NCBI GenBank assembly: GCA_005239675.1
Contig: SBBO01000041.1
Location: 3,187-67,186, forward strand
Source of the DNA: Planctomycetales bacterium
Lineage (GTDB): Bacteria; Omnitrophota; Gorgyraeia; Zapsychrales; Zapsychraceae
Reading direction: 5' to 3'
DNA: 64,000 nucleotides
Position numbers and translations under genes: made by a program. Below, piece by piece: positions 1 to 8,326 of this stretch. The notes under the pieces are model-generated. The model was given only the letters and a program-made list of their open reading frames with translations, had not been told where the DNA came from and made no database searches. Every line of letters starts with the position of its first letter. The first letter of the stretch is position 1.

Positions 1-2493
1 GGGCAGTGGTATCACATCGTAGGGACATGGGATGGGACCACCCAGCGTCTTTATAAAAATGGCGTGCAAATAGCCAGTCAAGTGCCGGGAGGCACACTTG
101 ATGCCATCAGCAACGAGAATATCTTTATTAGTTGGGCAGCTGTTGGTCAAGCAATGGATGGCCGCATCGACGAAGTTGCTGTTTACAACACGGCCCTTTC
201 TGCTGCTGAAATCACTACCCTCTATAACAGTGGGACAGGGGTGGAATCTGAACCTTACACCAAATCCCCCGCCACATTTGAGTCAGCCACTATCGATTTA
301 ACTTCCAATAGTCAGTTGGATGCCTTTTATTTTAACTCGACTGTAGCAAGTCAAACCAATGGGAGCGGCACAGAGATTCCTGCGGGGACCTTAGGTCTCG
401 TTGGGCTCTGGCGTTTCAACGATGCCAGTGGTCAAACAGCAGTTAGTGCCGCAGGTTCGAACAATGGAACACTGGGGGCCACCAGCGGGAGTGAGGCAAG
501 TGACCCTACTTGGACTACGGCTGCTAACACTAAGCTAGGTGCCTCAGGGCTTTCTTTTGATGGGGTAGATGATTATGTGAATGTAGGAGCCCCTCCAACC
601 ACTGTCCTGCGTAACTGGACAATGGAGGCATGGATCTATCCTAATAACTTGTCTCAACTTGGAACGGTGGTCAGTAATGGCTTTGAGGATGCTAACGGTG
701 GCGGCGGATATTCATTTGGTATAGGCGATGGTATTGGTGGCGCAGGGGCTAAATTGCAGGGTCGGCTTAATGGATGGATATGGCGCGATAGCGGATATAC
801 ATTTCCCGCAGCGAATCGGTGGTATCACGTCGTCATGATGTGCGACGTAGGTACTGTTAGGTACTATGTGAATGGCGAGCAGACCCCCACTACCGACCCC
901 AATTGTCCTATCTATGCCCCTACTACTCATTTACGGATTGGATCACAATCAGGAATACGATTTTTTAACGGCCGCATCGATGAAGTCGCGATTTATGACC
1001 GCGTCCTTTCCGTGGAGGAAATCAGATCCCATTACAATTCACACCGACTACAGATAGCGTCGTCGAATTGTAGTAACGGTGCAACCAATCCGCCCACGTG
1101 TGATACCGGCACCTGGAACTATGTTGGCCACGATGGATCAGCGAGCAGCTATTTCATCCAGCCAGCAGGATTATGGCATTTAAATGAGGCAACCAGCGGC
1201 AATGTCTCGACCGCTTCAGGGACGATTGTCGATGCCTCCGGCAATGGAAGCCCAGGCACCTTTGTTAATGCCAATGCCAGTGCCTCTCCTACAACGGCGT
1301 ATGAGACCAGTAAGCTCAATGGTGGGATCAAATTCGATGGGGTCGATGATTACGTAGATCTTGGAAATCCCGCCCATCTTCAGTTAAGGGTTGGGACATA
1401 TGAGGCATGGATAAAGACCAGTAATGCTGGGACCGGTGACCGAGGCATTGTTGTCAAACAGTCTGGCTTTGGTATTTATCTCAATGGCAATATATTCGGC
1501 GTCTATCCCGCTGGCAGCGGATTTTTATCAACAGGGGTGAATCTGGCGGATGGCCTGTGGCATCATGTCGCTGCCTCATTTCAGCATGGCGTTACTAACG
1601 GTACCGTTGTGTACATCGATGGGACACCGCGACTTACTACCACCTGGTCGACCTTTAATGAAACTTATGATCCTGTGTTCATTGGCAAGACCTACGGTGG
1701 TGGACGGGAATTTGCCGGCTCCATTGATGAGGTCGCCATTTATAATCGCGTGCTAACGCCAGAGGAGATCAAGGCACATTACAACGCTGGCACTGGCCGT
1801 GAGGTCGCCACGGGGTCGCTACGCATCAGCAAGCCCATTGGCTGGTGGCATTTCAATGAGTCCTCTGGCACCACGGCCGCGGAATCTAGCGGAAATGCTA
1901 ATACCGGCACACTGACCAATATGACCACCACTTCTCTTGCCGGTAACGGTGCTGGGACCAGTGGCTGGAATTCCGATAGCGCCAAACTTACTAATGCCCT
2001 TAAATTTGATGGGACCAATGATTTTGTCAGTATGGCCAACGTTCCAACCGCATTAACCGATAACTGGACACTGGAGGCATGGATTAATCCTGCTAATTTA
2101 TCTCAGATTAGTATGGCGGTAAGTAACGGTTCTGATGATGGTGTTACAGGTGACGGATACGCATTCGGGTTAGGCAATGGTGCTGGTAGCGCAGGCAACA
2201 AGTTGCAGGGTCTCCTTCCCGGTGTTGTATTTATTGATAGCGGATATACGTTTCCTACGGCAAATCAGTGGTACCATGTGGTCATGCTGCGAAGATCGGG
2301 GACGATACATTTCTACGTGAACGGTAAGAAGACTATTAATACCAGCACCAGTGCCCCCCTTGTCCCTACCCAGTTTCGTGTTGGGGCTCAGACAGGACTT
2401 AGATTTTTTAATGGTCTTATTGACGAAGTTGCCGTTTACAACAAAGCGCTCACCGATAGTGAGATCAGGGCGCGGTACAACTCTGGGATTGGG
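1..2493 (+). repeat. Four LamG-like coding modules (approx. 1-240 partial, 394-1040, 1168-1797, 1841-2493)
   Basis: Module ends recur at DNA and protein level: ggccgcatcgacgaagttgctgtttacaac (151), ggccgcatcgatgaagtcgcgatttatgac (970), ggctccattgatgaggtcgccatttataat (1716), ggtcttattgacgaagttgccgtttacaac (2411). Module starts are GLWRFND / GLWHLNE / GWWHFNE. Confidence 0.8.
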
Positions 2494-5400
2494 CGGGAAA
2501 ATATGTCTATTGTTGGGCCTGCCCTTGGTACGGGGGATACCCGCTACGTGCGCTACAAGGCCTATTTGGGAACAGCAGATAAACTCTACACCCCACAGTT
2601 GGATGATCTGGGGTTAGACTATTCCGCCAGCTATCCACCTTCAGCCGTATTGACGTCTTCTAAATTTGATGCGGGGGCAGGTAATATTTTTGTCAAGAAA
2701 TTACAATGGACTGAGGTCCTCAATGGTCAGGATGTCAAATTGCAACTGGCAACTGCTGCCAGCTCAGGAGGCCTCACAACTTTCTGTGGGCCACGGGATG
2801 CCACCACAGGATCATGCACAACTAGTACTTATTTCACTGATCCTGCAGGTACAGAACTAATCGATGATGTCCAGATACCAGGTCGATGGTTCCAATACAA
2901 GGCATTTTTGACCTCCAATGGTTCTGGTACACCGACTTTAGATGGTGTCCAGGTCATTTATGATACTGTAAGTTTTCAAATTACTGGAACGGGCAATGCG
3001 ACTGCAGGGACAGCGTATCCAATCACGGTCAGGGCTGTAGACACCTTAGCTGCCAGCGTCACTGGTTACGACGGTTCTAAAACATTGAGCTTCAGTGGGG
3101 CCAATAATAGCCCTGATGGCACAACGCCTAAGATCAGTATTGACAATAGCTGTGCCACTGCAGGTGATAATTATACATTTACCTCAGTGCCTATATTCTT
3201 TGCCTCTGGTCAATCCACTGTGTATCTATGCGCTTATAAGGCCGAGGCAGCTAGTATTAGCGCCACCGCTGGTGCCATTGTCACGTCAACCTCATTGGCA
3301 GTGACTGTTAATCCAGCCGCAATGATTGTGACGGTGGACCAAATCGTCGATCCCGTGGTTGCCGGCACACCATCAGATGTGCGGGTTACAGTAAAAGACG
3401 CCTTTGGCAATGCGTACACAGGCCTGGTGAGCTTTACCTCTAATGATTCTCAGGCGGTCCTTCCAGCGAATTATACCTTTATACAAGCGGATAATGGGAT
3501 CAAGGTATTCACCGGTGGGGTTACCATGAAGACCGCAGGGGAGAAGACCGTGACAGCTACTGCCGGGGCAGTCAGCGGGACCCAGAGCGCGATCACGGTC
3601 ACAGCGGCTACCGTTGCCAGTCTGATCGTAGACCAGATTGCTGATCCACTGGTTGTAGGCGTCTCATCGAATGTGCGGGTAAAGGCCGTCGACGCCTTTG
3701 GCAATACAGTCACCGGATACGTAGGAACGGTGAGATTTTCCTCTGATGATCCACAGGCAACCCTCCCATCGAACTACACCTTCCAGCCTGCTGATAATGG
3801 GATTAAGACATTCATCGGTTGGATTACCATGAAGACTGTAGGGGAGAGGTCTGTCACTGCCGCGGATACAATTGATGGGACGATTAAGGGGACCCAAAAT
3901 GCGATCACGGTCACTCCCGCCTCAGCTGCGAATCTGATATTAAATGCGCCAGCGGATATCACTGTCAGTACTGAGGCTATCTATACCGTGACCCGCAAGG
4001 ACCAGTTTGGCAATCCGTTGACCAGCGGGGCACAGACCGTGTATTTATCCTCGGATTCAACCGGTAACAAACAATTCCGAGCCACCCCTGGCGGTAGTGC
4101 AGTGACCTCTGTTACGATTGCCAATGGCCAGGGCGCCACAACATTTTTTTACTATGACGATAAAGCGGGGATATGGACCATAACGGCTTCTGATGCCACA
4201 CCGCCCAATGGATTAACAGGACTTGCTGACGCAACAGACGCCCTCGAGGTGCATGCGGTCTATGAGGCGCAGATTAATGCTGTGTACAACGCGTCGAATA
4301 ATTCTATCGACATCTCCTCGTGGTTGACCAGGAAAGGTATCTTCGCCAGCGAGATTACTAACGATCCCTCCGCAGTTATTAGCGTCAATATCTATAATTC
4401 TACCGGGACCCAACTGAACCCAACTGATCTGGGCACAGGGAAGACCGTCAATAGTCAAGGCATATTTAGCGGGGTATCCTATAATCCCGCAGGCGGCTTG
4501 GATCCTAGCCTTGCCTATATTATCAAGGTCACGATCACGTACAACAGCAAACCATACCCTGCAGTTATCCACTTTGTTCCGCCAAGTGTTTTTACCTATG
4601 AGGCAAAGATAGGGGTTGTGTATAACAGTACTCGGGATTCTATTATGGCCAATGCCTGGCTGGAACGTAGTGGTACCACCATCGCTGATCCTGGTGACCT
4701 GAACTTTAGAATACTCAACAGTACCGGCACAGCGCTCTTTACTCAGCCTTACGATGGTTATGATTCGCCAACAGATGTAATCTTCAGCAACCAATTGATT
4801 AATGGGGTTTATACTAACATTGAATACGATCCATCAGGAGGTTTAAGCGCAACCGAGATTTATACGGTGAAGGCTGATATCATATATCGTGGAAAGACTT
4901 TTAATGCAGTCGTCTCTTTTTCTAAGGGGGCATTGACTGCGCTGGCAACGGATATCGCCACACTTCAAGCAGGGCAGGCAACGCAAACAACCTCATTGGC
5001 AAGCACGATCTCTGGTCAGACAACAACCTTACAGAGCACTATCTCTGGCCAGACAACGACCTTGGCCAGCCAGATCGGGACCATTGGGACCAACGTGACT
5101 GCTTTGCCAACATCTGTTACGAGCGCCATTACAACCGCGGTCACCGCCAATATCAATACGCAATTGACCAAAGGTTCGCAGGCCGAACTCTTGACGCGGC
5201 CCATGAACGTAGCTGTAGGCGCAACAGTCCCCATTCGCTTCCGCACCGCACCTGGCCTTTCTCCTAAGATTACTGTGTATGACCCCAATGGCGTCACCCG
5301 GGTCAACGCCGGGCCGATGAGGGAAATCAGTAATATTGGCATTTATGAACACAAGCTCACCTTTAATCCTGCCTGGGGCTCAGGCGATTACACCGTGACT

Positions 5401-6282
5401 GTGACTGAAAGCACCCGCGGCTCAACCGACAGCCTTGTTATGAGCGCTGGGCAGGGAGGGCTTGATGAGATTTATTCGAAGATCGCTAGTCTAAGCACAG
5501 ACCAAACCTCTAGTACTGGGAGTTTTGACCAGATATTGAATAATGTCAAGCTCGCTCAGAGCAACACAACTGGAATTAAATCCGATATAACAAACTTATT
5601 GTCAAAATTGGGCAAGACAAGCGATAGCGCTAACGCCGCTACATTATTTGGTCGTGTCGCAGCCATTGATGCCCTCTCATTGCCGGGCGTAGGTGGTAAT
5701 AGAGATGAAAAAATTCTGGCAGGGATCAAAGAGATCAAAGACTATATGGACTCCCTGGACGCTAAACTGGGCATTCGTAGGGATAAAGCCACTAAGGCCA
5801 AAGATACCATATTGGGTCATCTAACAGAGATGGAGACACTAGAGAAGGGTTTCGATTCTGAGGCTATTAAGAAACTCAAGGCCAAGGCCACGGGCTTATC
5901 CAAGATGACCGAAGAGATCCGTTCTCAGCTGACCAGTGGCAGTATAGCGACCGTAACCGCTAAGCTGGCAACGTTGGGAGAAGAGATGAGTTCTCTAGAG
6001 AATGATTTAGACGTATTGCCAGGGGTAGTTGGTACAGCATCAGTTAATGAGGCCTTTGAAGAGGTGGAGAACGTTGCTAGTAGTGGCGGATTAGAGAAAT
6101 TGGTACCCTTTTTGAAAGAACTCAAAGAGGGTCGGGAGGCGCTTAATCCGGAGAATATAGGGCAGATGCGCAATACCATCGAGGAATTGAAATCTCTCAT
6201 GGCAGAGGTCCGGTTGCTCTTAGACCAAGAAGTCAATAAGCCTGTTATCCATGGCTGGCTCGAGGAGGGAATAGGGGAATAA
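1..6282 (+). CDS. Giant secreted/surface protein, 5'-truncated by the window edge (LamG x4, Ig-like x4, paired ~112-aa domains, helical C-terminal region)
   Basis: Frame 1 is open from nt 1 (GQWYHIVGTWDGTTQRLYKNG precedes the first Met of the ORF track). Four concanavalin/LamG-like modules each end in FxGxIDEVA[IV]YN..L[ST]..EI...YN[SA]G. Ig-like repeats carry V[KR]..DAFGN..TG and NYTF..ADNGIK.F. The last ~430 aa are Ser/Thr/Lys/Glu/Leu-rich and look helical. No C-terminal TM segment or recognisable anchor motif. Confidence 0.85.
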   Translation, partial: GQWYHIVGTWDGTTQRLYKNGVQIASQVPGGTLDAISNENIFISWAAVGQAMDGRIDEVAVYNTALSAAEITTLYNSGTGVESEPYTKSPATFESATIDLTSNSQLDAFYFNSTVASQTNGSGTEIPAGTLGLVGLWRFNDASGQTAVSAAGSNNGTLGATSGSEASDPTWTTAANTKLGASGLSFDGVDDYVNVGAPPTTVLRNWTMEAWIYPNNLSQLGTVVSNGFEDANGGGGYSFGIGDGIGGAGAKLQGRLNGWIWRDSGYTFPAANRWYHVVMMCDVGTVRYYVNGEQTPTTDPNCPIYAPTTHLRIGSQSGIRFFNGRIDEVAIYDRVLSVEEIRSHYNSHRLQIASSNCSNGATNPPTCDTGTWNYVGHDGSASSYFIQPAGLWHLNEATSGNVSTASGTIVDASGNGSPGTFVNANASASPTTAYETSKLNGGIKFDGVDDYVDLGNPAHLQLRVGTYEAWIKTSNAGTGDRGIVVKQSGFGIYLNGNIFGVYPAGSGFLSTGVNLADGLWHHVAASFQHGVTNGTVVYIDGTPRLTTTWSTFNETYDPVFIGKTYGGGREFAGSIDEVAIYNRVLTPEEIKAHYNAGTGREVATGSLRISKPIGWWHFNESSGTTAAESSGNANTGTLTNMTTTSLAGNGAGTSGWNSDSAKLTNALKFDGTNDFVSMANVPTALTDNWTLEAWINPANLSQISMAVSNGSDDGVTGDGYAFGLGNGAGSAGNKLQGLLPGVVFIDSGYTFPTANQWYHVVMLRRSGTIHFYVNGKKTINTSTSAPLVPTQFRVGAQTGLRFFNGLIDEVAVYNKALTDSEIRARYNSGIGRENMSIVGPALGTGDTRYVRYKAYLGTADKLYTPQLDDLGLDYSASYPPSAVLTSSKFDAGAGNIFVKKLQWTEVLNGQDVKLQLATAASSGGLTTFCGPRDATTGSCTTSTYFTDPAGTELIDDVQIPGRWFQYKAFLTSNGSGTPTLDGVQVIYDTVSFQITGTGNATAGTAYPITVRAVDTLAASVTGYDGSKTLSFSGANNSPDGTTPKISIDNSCATAGDNYTFTSVPIFFASGQSTVYLCAYKAEAASISATAGAIVTSTSLAVTVNPAAMIVTVDQIVDPVVAGTPSDVRVTVKDAFGNAYTGLVSFTSNDSQAVLPANYTFIQADNGIKVFTGGVTMKTAGEKTVTATAGAVSGTQSAITVTAATVASLIVDQIADPLVVGVSSNVRVKAVDAFGNTVTGYVGTVRFSSDDPQATLPSNYTFQPADNGIKTFIGWITMKTVGERSVTAADTIDGTIKGTQNAITVTPASAANLILNAPADITVSTEAIYTVTRKDQFGNPLTSGAQTVYLSSDSTGNKQFRATPGGSAVTSVTIANGQGATTFFYYDDKAGIWTITASDATPPNGLTGLADATDALEVHAVYEAQINAVYNASNNSIDISSWLTRKGIFASEITNDPSAVISVNIYNSTGTQLNPTDLGTGKTVNSQGIFSGVSYNPAGGLDPSLAYIIKVTITYNSKPYPAVIHFVPPSVFTYEAKIGVVYNSTRDSIMANAWLERSGTTIADPGDLNFRILNSTGTALFTQPYDGYDSPTDVIFSNQLINGVYTNIEYDPSGGLSATEIYTVKADIIYRGKTFNAVVSFSKGALTALATDIATLQAGQATQTTSLASTISGQTTTLQSTISGQTTTLASQIGTIGTNVTALPTSVTSAITTAVTANINTQLTKGSQAELLTRPMNVAVGATVPIRFRTAPGLSPKITVYDPNGVTRVNAGPMREISNIGIYEHKLTFNPAWGSGDYTVTVTESTRGSTDSLVMSAGQGGLDEIYSKIASLSTDQTSSTGSFDQILNNVKLAQSNTTGIKSDITNLLSKLGKTSDSANAATLFGRVAAIDALSLPGVGGNRDEKILAGIKEIKDYMDSLDAKLGIRRDKATKAKDTILGHLTEMETLEKGFDSEAIKKLKAKATGLSKMTEEIRSQLTSGSIATVTAKLATLGEEMSSLENDLDVLPGVVGTASVNEAFEEVENVASSGGLEKLVPFLKELKEGREALNPENIGQMRNTIEELKSLMAEVRLLLDQEVNKPVIHGWLEEGIGE
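3313..3920 (+). repeat. Tandem pair of ~100-aa Ig-like (invasin/Big-type) coding repeats
   Basis: 3313-3607 and 3608-3920 align along their length (DQIVDPVVAGTPSDVRVTVKDAFGNAYTG... vs DQIADPLVVGVSSNVRVKAVDAFGNTVTG...). More divergent copies flank them at about 2990-3310 and 3920-4215. Confidence 0.8.
4252..4925 (+). repeat. Two copies of an unassigned ~112-aa domain
   Basis: HAVYEAQINAVYNASNNSIDISSWLTRKG...YNPAGGLDPSLAYIIKVTITYNSKPYPAVIHF aligns with TYEAKIGVVYNSTRDSIMANAWLERSG...YDPSGGLSATEIYTVKADIIYRGKTFNAVVSF. Confidence 0.7.
5002..5067 (+). repeat. 2 x 33-nt in-frame tandem repeat (STISGQTTTL[QA])
   Basis: AGCAC[G/T]ATCTCTGG[T/C]CAGACAAC[A/G]ACCTT occurs at 5002 and again at 5035. Confidence 0.85.
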
Positions 6283-6331
6283 AACCCAGCCATCTTTCTC
6301 GAAGAGAAGTCATCCAAAAGAATTAACCAAC

Positions 6332-6375
6332 CCCCGCTGTTTTATCCCATTGTTCACAAACAGCGGGGTTTTATT
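6332..6375 (+). terminator. Rho-independent terminator after the giant gene
   Basis: CCCCGCTGTTT (6332-6342) pairs with AAACAGCGGGG (6358-6368), a perfect 11-bp stem followed by TTTTATT. Confidence 0.8.
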
Positions 6376-6381
6376 GTACGG

Positions 6382-7200
6382 TTGATATGCCCTATGTCCA
6401 GATTCCGGAGGTCTTACTCAACGCAGTTACATCAGAAGATATTGGAGGCAGCGCGTCTTGGGCGTACGCTGCAAGTACGTATAGCAATAATGATAGTGTC
6501 CTTAGCCCCGACGTTTTTCGCGGTTATTGGTAATGCCGTCGGCACAGCATCCCAGGAAGTCATCTACGCCACCACACCCGAAACCCTCCGGGGATACCTG
6601 TGCCGTCCATCTGGGGCGGGCCCATTCCCAGCGGTTGTGTACAATCACGGCGGGCTCGGTCCTGTCATTGGTGGCGCACCGCAGGAGACCTGTGAGGCCT
6701 TAGCTGCCGCAGGCTTTGTTGGATTCGCGCCCATTCGCCGCCAGACGCATTCGATGGCTGGGCATCTCGATGACGTACAAGCTGGGCTGGATTATTTGCT
6801 TGGGTTTGACTATGTCGACCGTGATCGGGTCGCCATGATCGGCTTTTCTCGGGGAGGTGCGCTCACCTTTATGATTGCCGCACGAGGCGCCCCGATCACG
6901 GCAGCGGTAATCATGGCCAGTGCCATGCCCCCGCCTCAAAGCGGTTTTACATTGAGGGATGCAGTTAATGTCTCGATTCCGGTCCTTCTTCTGGTGGCCG
7001 AGAATGATACTGGCTCGCGCAAGACAAAGGGTCAGAATATTCTTGAGGGCATGCGGTATATGTCACAGGCATTGACCGAGGCGGGCAATATACCAAAGTT
7101 GATTGTTTACCCATCCCATAAGGGCGGTGGACATGAGATGTTTTTTACAATCGGCACCTACTGGATAGACGTCATTGAGTTCCTCAAAAAGCACCTGTGA
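6382..7200 (+). CDS. Alpha/beta hydrolase, dienelactone-hydrolase-like
   Basis: GFSRGG nucleophile elbow (GxSxG), a late acidic residue (ENDTG) and C-terminal GGGHEMF, consistent with a Ser-Asp-His triad order. The start is uncertain (TTG 6382, ATG 6394 or ATG 6490). Confidence 0.6.
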   Translation: MICPMSRFRRSYSTQLHQKILEAARLGRTLQVRIAIMIVSLAPTFFAVIGNAVGTASQEVIYATTPETLRGYLCRPSGAGPFPAVVYNHGGLGPVIGGAPQETCEALAAAGFVGFAPIRRQTHSMAGHLDDVQAGLDYLLGFDYVDRDRVAMIGFSRGGALTFMIAARGAPITAAVIMASAMPPPQSGFTLRDAVNVSIPVLLLVAENDTGSRKTKGQNILEGMRYMSQALTEAGNIPKLIVYPSHKGGGHEMFFTIGTYWIDVIEFLKKHL

Positions 7201-7234
7201 TATCTCTTTCCAACATGCGATCAACTGCAACAGT

Positions 7235-7268
7235 TATCCATCGCTAGTCCGCGGTGGATATTTTTTTT
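7235..7268 (+). terminator. Rho-independent terminator after the hydrolase gene
   Basis: TATCCATCGC (7235-7244) pairs with GCGGTGGATA (7251-7260), a 10-bp stem with one G-U pair and a 6-nt loop, followed by T8 (7261-7268). Confidence 0.8.
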
Positions 7269-7345
7269 AGATAAAAAGAGATGCAATTCACTGCGAAGAG
7301 TTTTATAATAATAATTATAGCTTAAGCAGATACTATTAAAAATGT

Positions 7346-7370
7346 TATCCATCGCTAGTCGCGATGGATA
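7346..7370 (+). promoter_or_regulatory. Perfect 10-bp-stem palindrome abutting the Shine-Dalgarno sequence of the next gene; near-copy of the 7235 hairpin but without a U-tract
   Basis: TATCCATCGC tagtc GCGATGGATA is followed directly by AGGAGG (7371-7376) and ATG 7382. GTTATCCATCGCTAGTC is identical at 7233-7249 and 7344-7360. Confidence 0.6.
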
Positions 7371-7381
7371 AGGAGGCTATC

Positions 7382-8260
7382 ATGTTAAGATATGTATTGA
7401 TATTTGTTGCAGTATTATTTATTGCGCCTCTTGCCTGCGGGGAAGAGTCGCAAGACAATGTGGTCATTAAGATACGCGCGATCAATCCCTTGGAGGAAAA
7501 AGCCAGCATCACTATCCGTTACTCGCTTCCCATCGGATTAACATCAGAGGATATTCTGGCCAAATACATCAAGCGCGGCAATAAGCCTACCAAACGTCAG
7601 AATTTTAAAATTCGTCTCGATAAAGAAAAGAAGACTTATTTTGTCGATCAACCCATGACGCTTGCCCCGAAGGAAGTGGTGGTTTTAGAAATAGAGGTCA
7701 AGGACGTATGGGCTATCCCAGCGCAGAAGCTTGATGACCTTCAAGCGCAAACAGAAAATTTACTTAAAACTCCCATCGAGAGGGAATCGACCTCAGCGGA
7801 TTTCATGAATGATGGGTCAGCGCCAGATCCCATCGTTATAAAATTAAAAGAAGAAATATTAAGACAGTTAGAAAAGATTTCAGCAACGCAGGAGGCTAAT
7901 ACCATCGCCAAGGCGGGCGTTACGGCACATATCGATGCGTATCGCAAGAATGCCGAGACACTCAAACAGGTCCAGATGGATATCGCGATGCTGGAGAATA
8001 TATTAGGTGAAAAGGAAACGCTCAAGAAAGAGGAGCTGCTTGAGGATGCCCCGTTGTCGGAGCCGCCTAGCCTTCCAAAGATCCCTGTACAGTCAGAAGA
8101 ACAAGCGCAGCCCCCTCTAGAGGTAGGTCAAGATCAGCCTGTGCCATCTGCATCCATTGAGGGCGAGAATCGCGCGGTGCAACCCGCCGCTACTATCGAG
8201 CCGTTTTCTGTAAAACCAAGCATCGCAGATAAATTGAGAAGTTGGTTTAGGCGCAGATAA
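7382..8260 (+). CDS. Secreted protein: signal peptide, one copy of an unassigned beta-rich plus helical periplasmic module, Pro/Glu/Gln-rich tail
   Basis: AGGAGG lies 5 nt upstream of ATG 7382. The N-terminus MLRYVLIFVAVLFIAPLACG is signal-peptide-like. The module is paralogous to two modules in the next gene (LAPKE..V..[IV]E[IV].D[VI]W.I and HI.AY..N.ETLK). Confidence 0.7.
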   Translation: MLRYVLIFVAVLFIAPLACGEESQDNVVIKIRAINPLEEKASITIRYSLPIGLTSEDILAKYIKRGNKPTKRQNFKIRLDKEKKTYFVDQPMTLAPKEVVVLEIEVKDVWAIPAQKLDDLQAQTENLLKTPIERESTSADFMNDGSAPDPIVIKLKEEILRQLEKISATQEANTIAKAGVTAHIDAYRKNAETLKQVQMDIAMLENILGEKETLKKEELLEDAPLSEPPSLPKIPVQSEEQAQPPLEVGQDQPVPSASIEGENRAVQPAATIEPFSVKPSIADKLRSWFRRR

Positions 8261-8326
8261 CAATCCTACATAGAAGGATAACCGTTTTCTGAAGCTTATG
8301 GAAATCAGTCGTTGGAAGGCAAGTAG

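Noticed and set aside
712-6317. Many 60-190 aa ORFs inside or antisense to the giant gene (for example 4213-4794 -, 5016-5342 -, 5029-5352 -, 5925-6317 -, 3471-3713 -)
   Set aside because: These are shadow ORFs of a long, repeat-rich coding frame. They have no SD sequences, low-complexity translations, and are fully contained in a frame with clear domain signatures.
7364-7381. ATG 7364 as the start of the secreted protein
   Set aside because: This ATG lies inside the 3' arm of the perfect hairpin and upstream of the AGGAGG. ATG 7382 has correct SD spacing and starts directly with a signal peptide.
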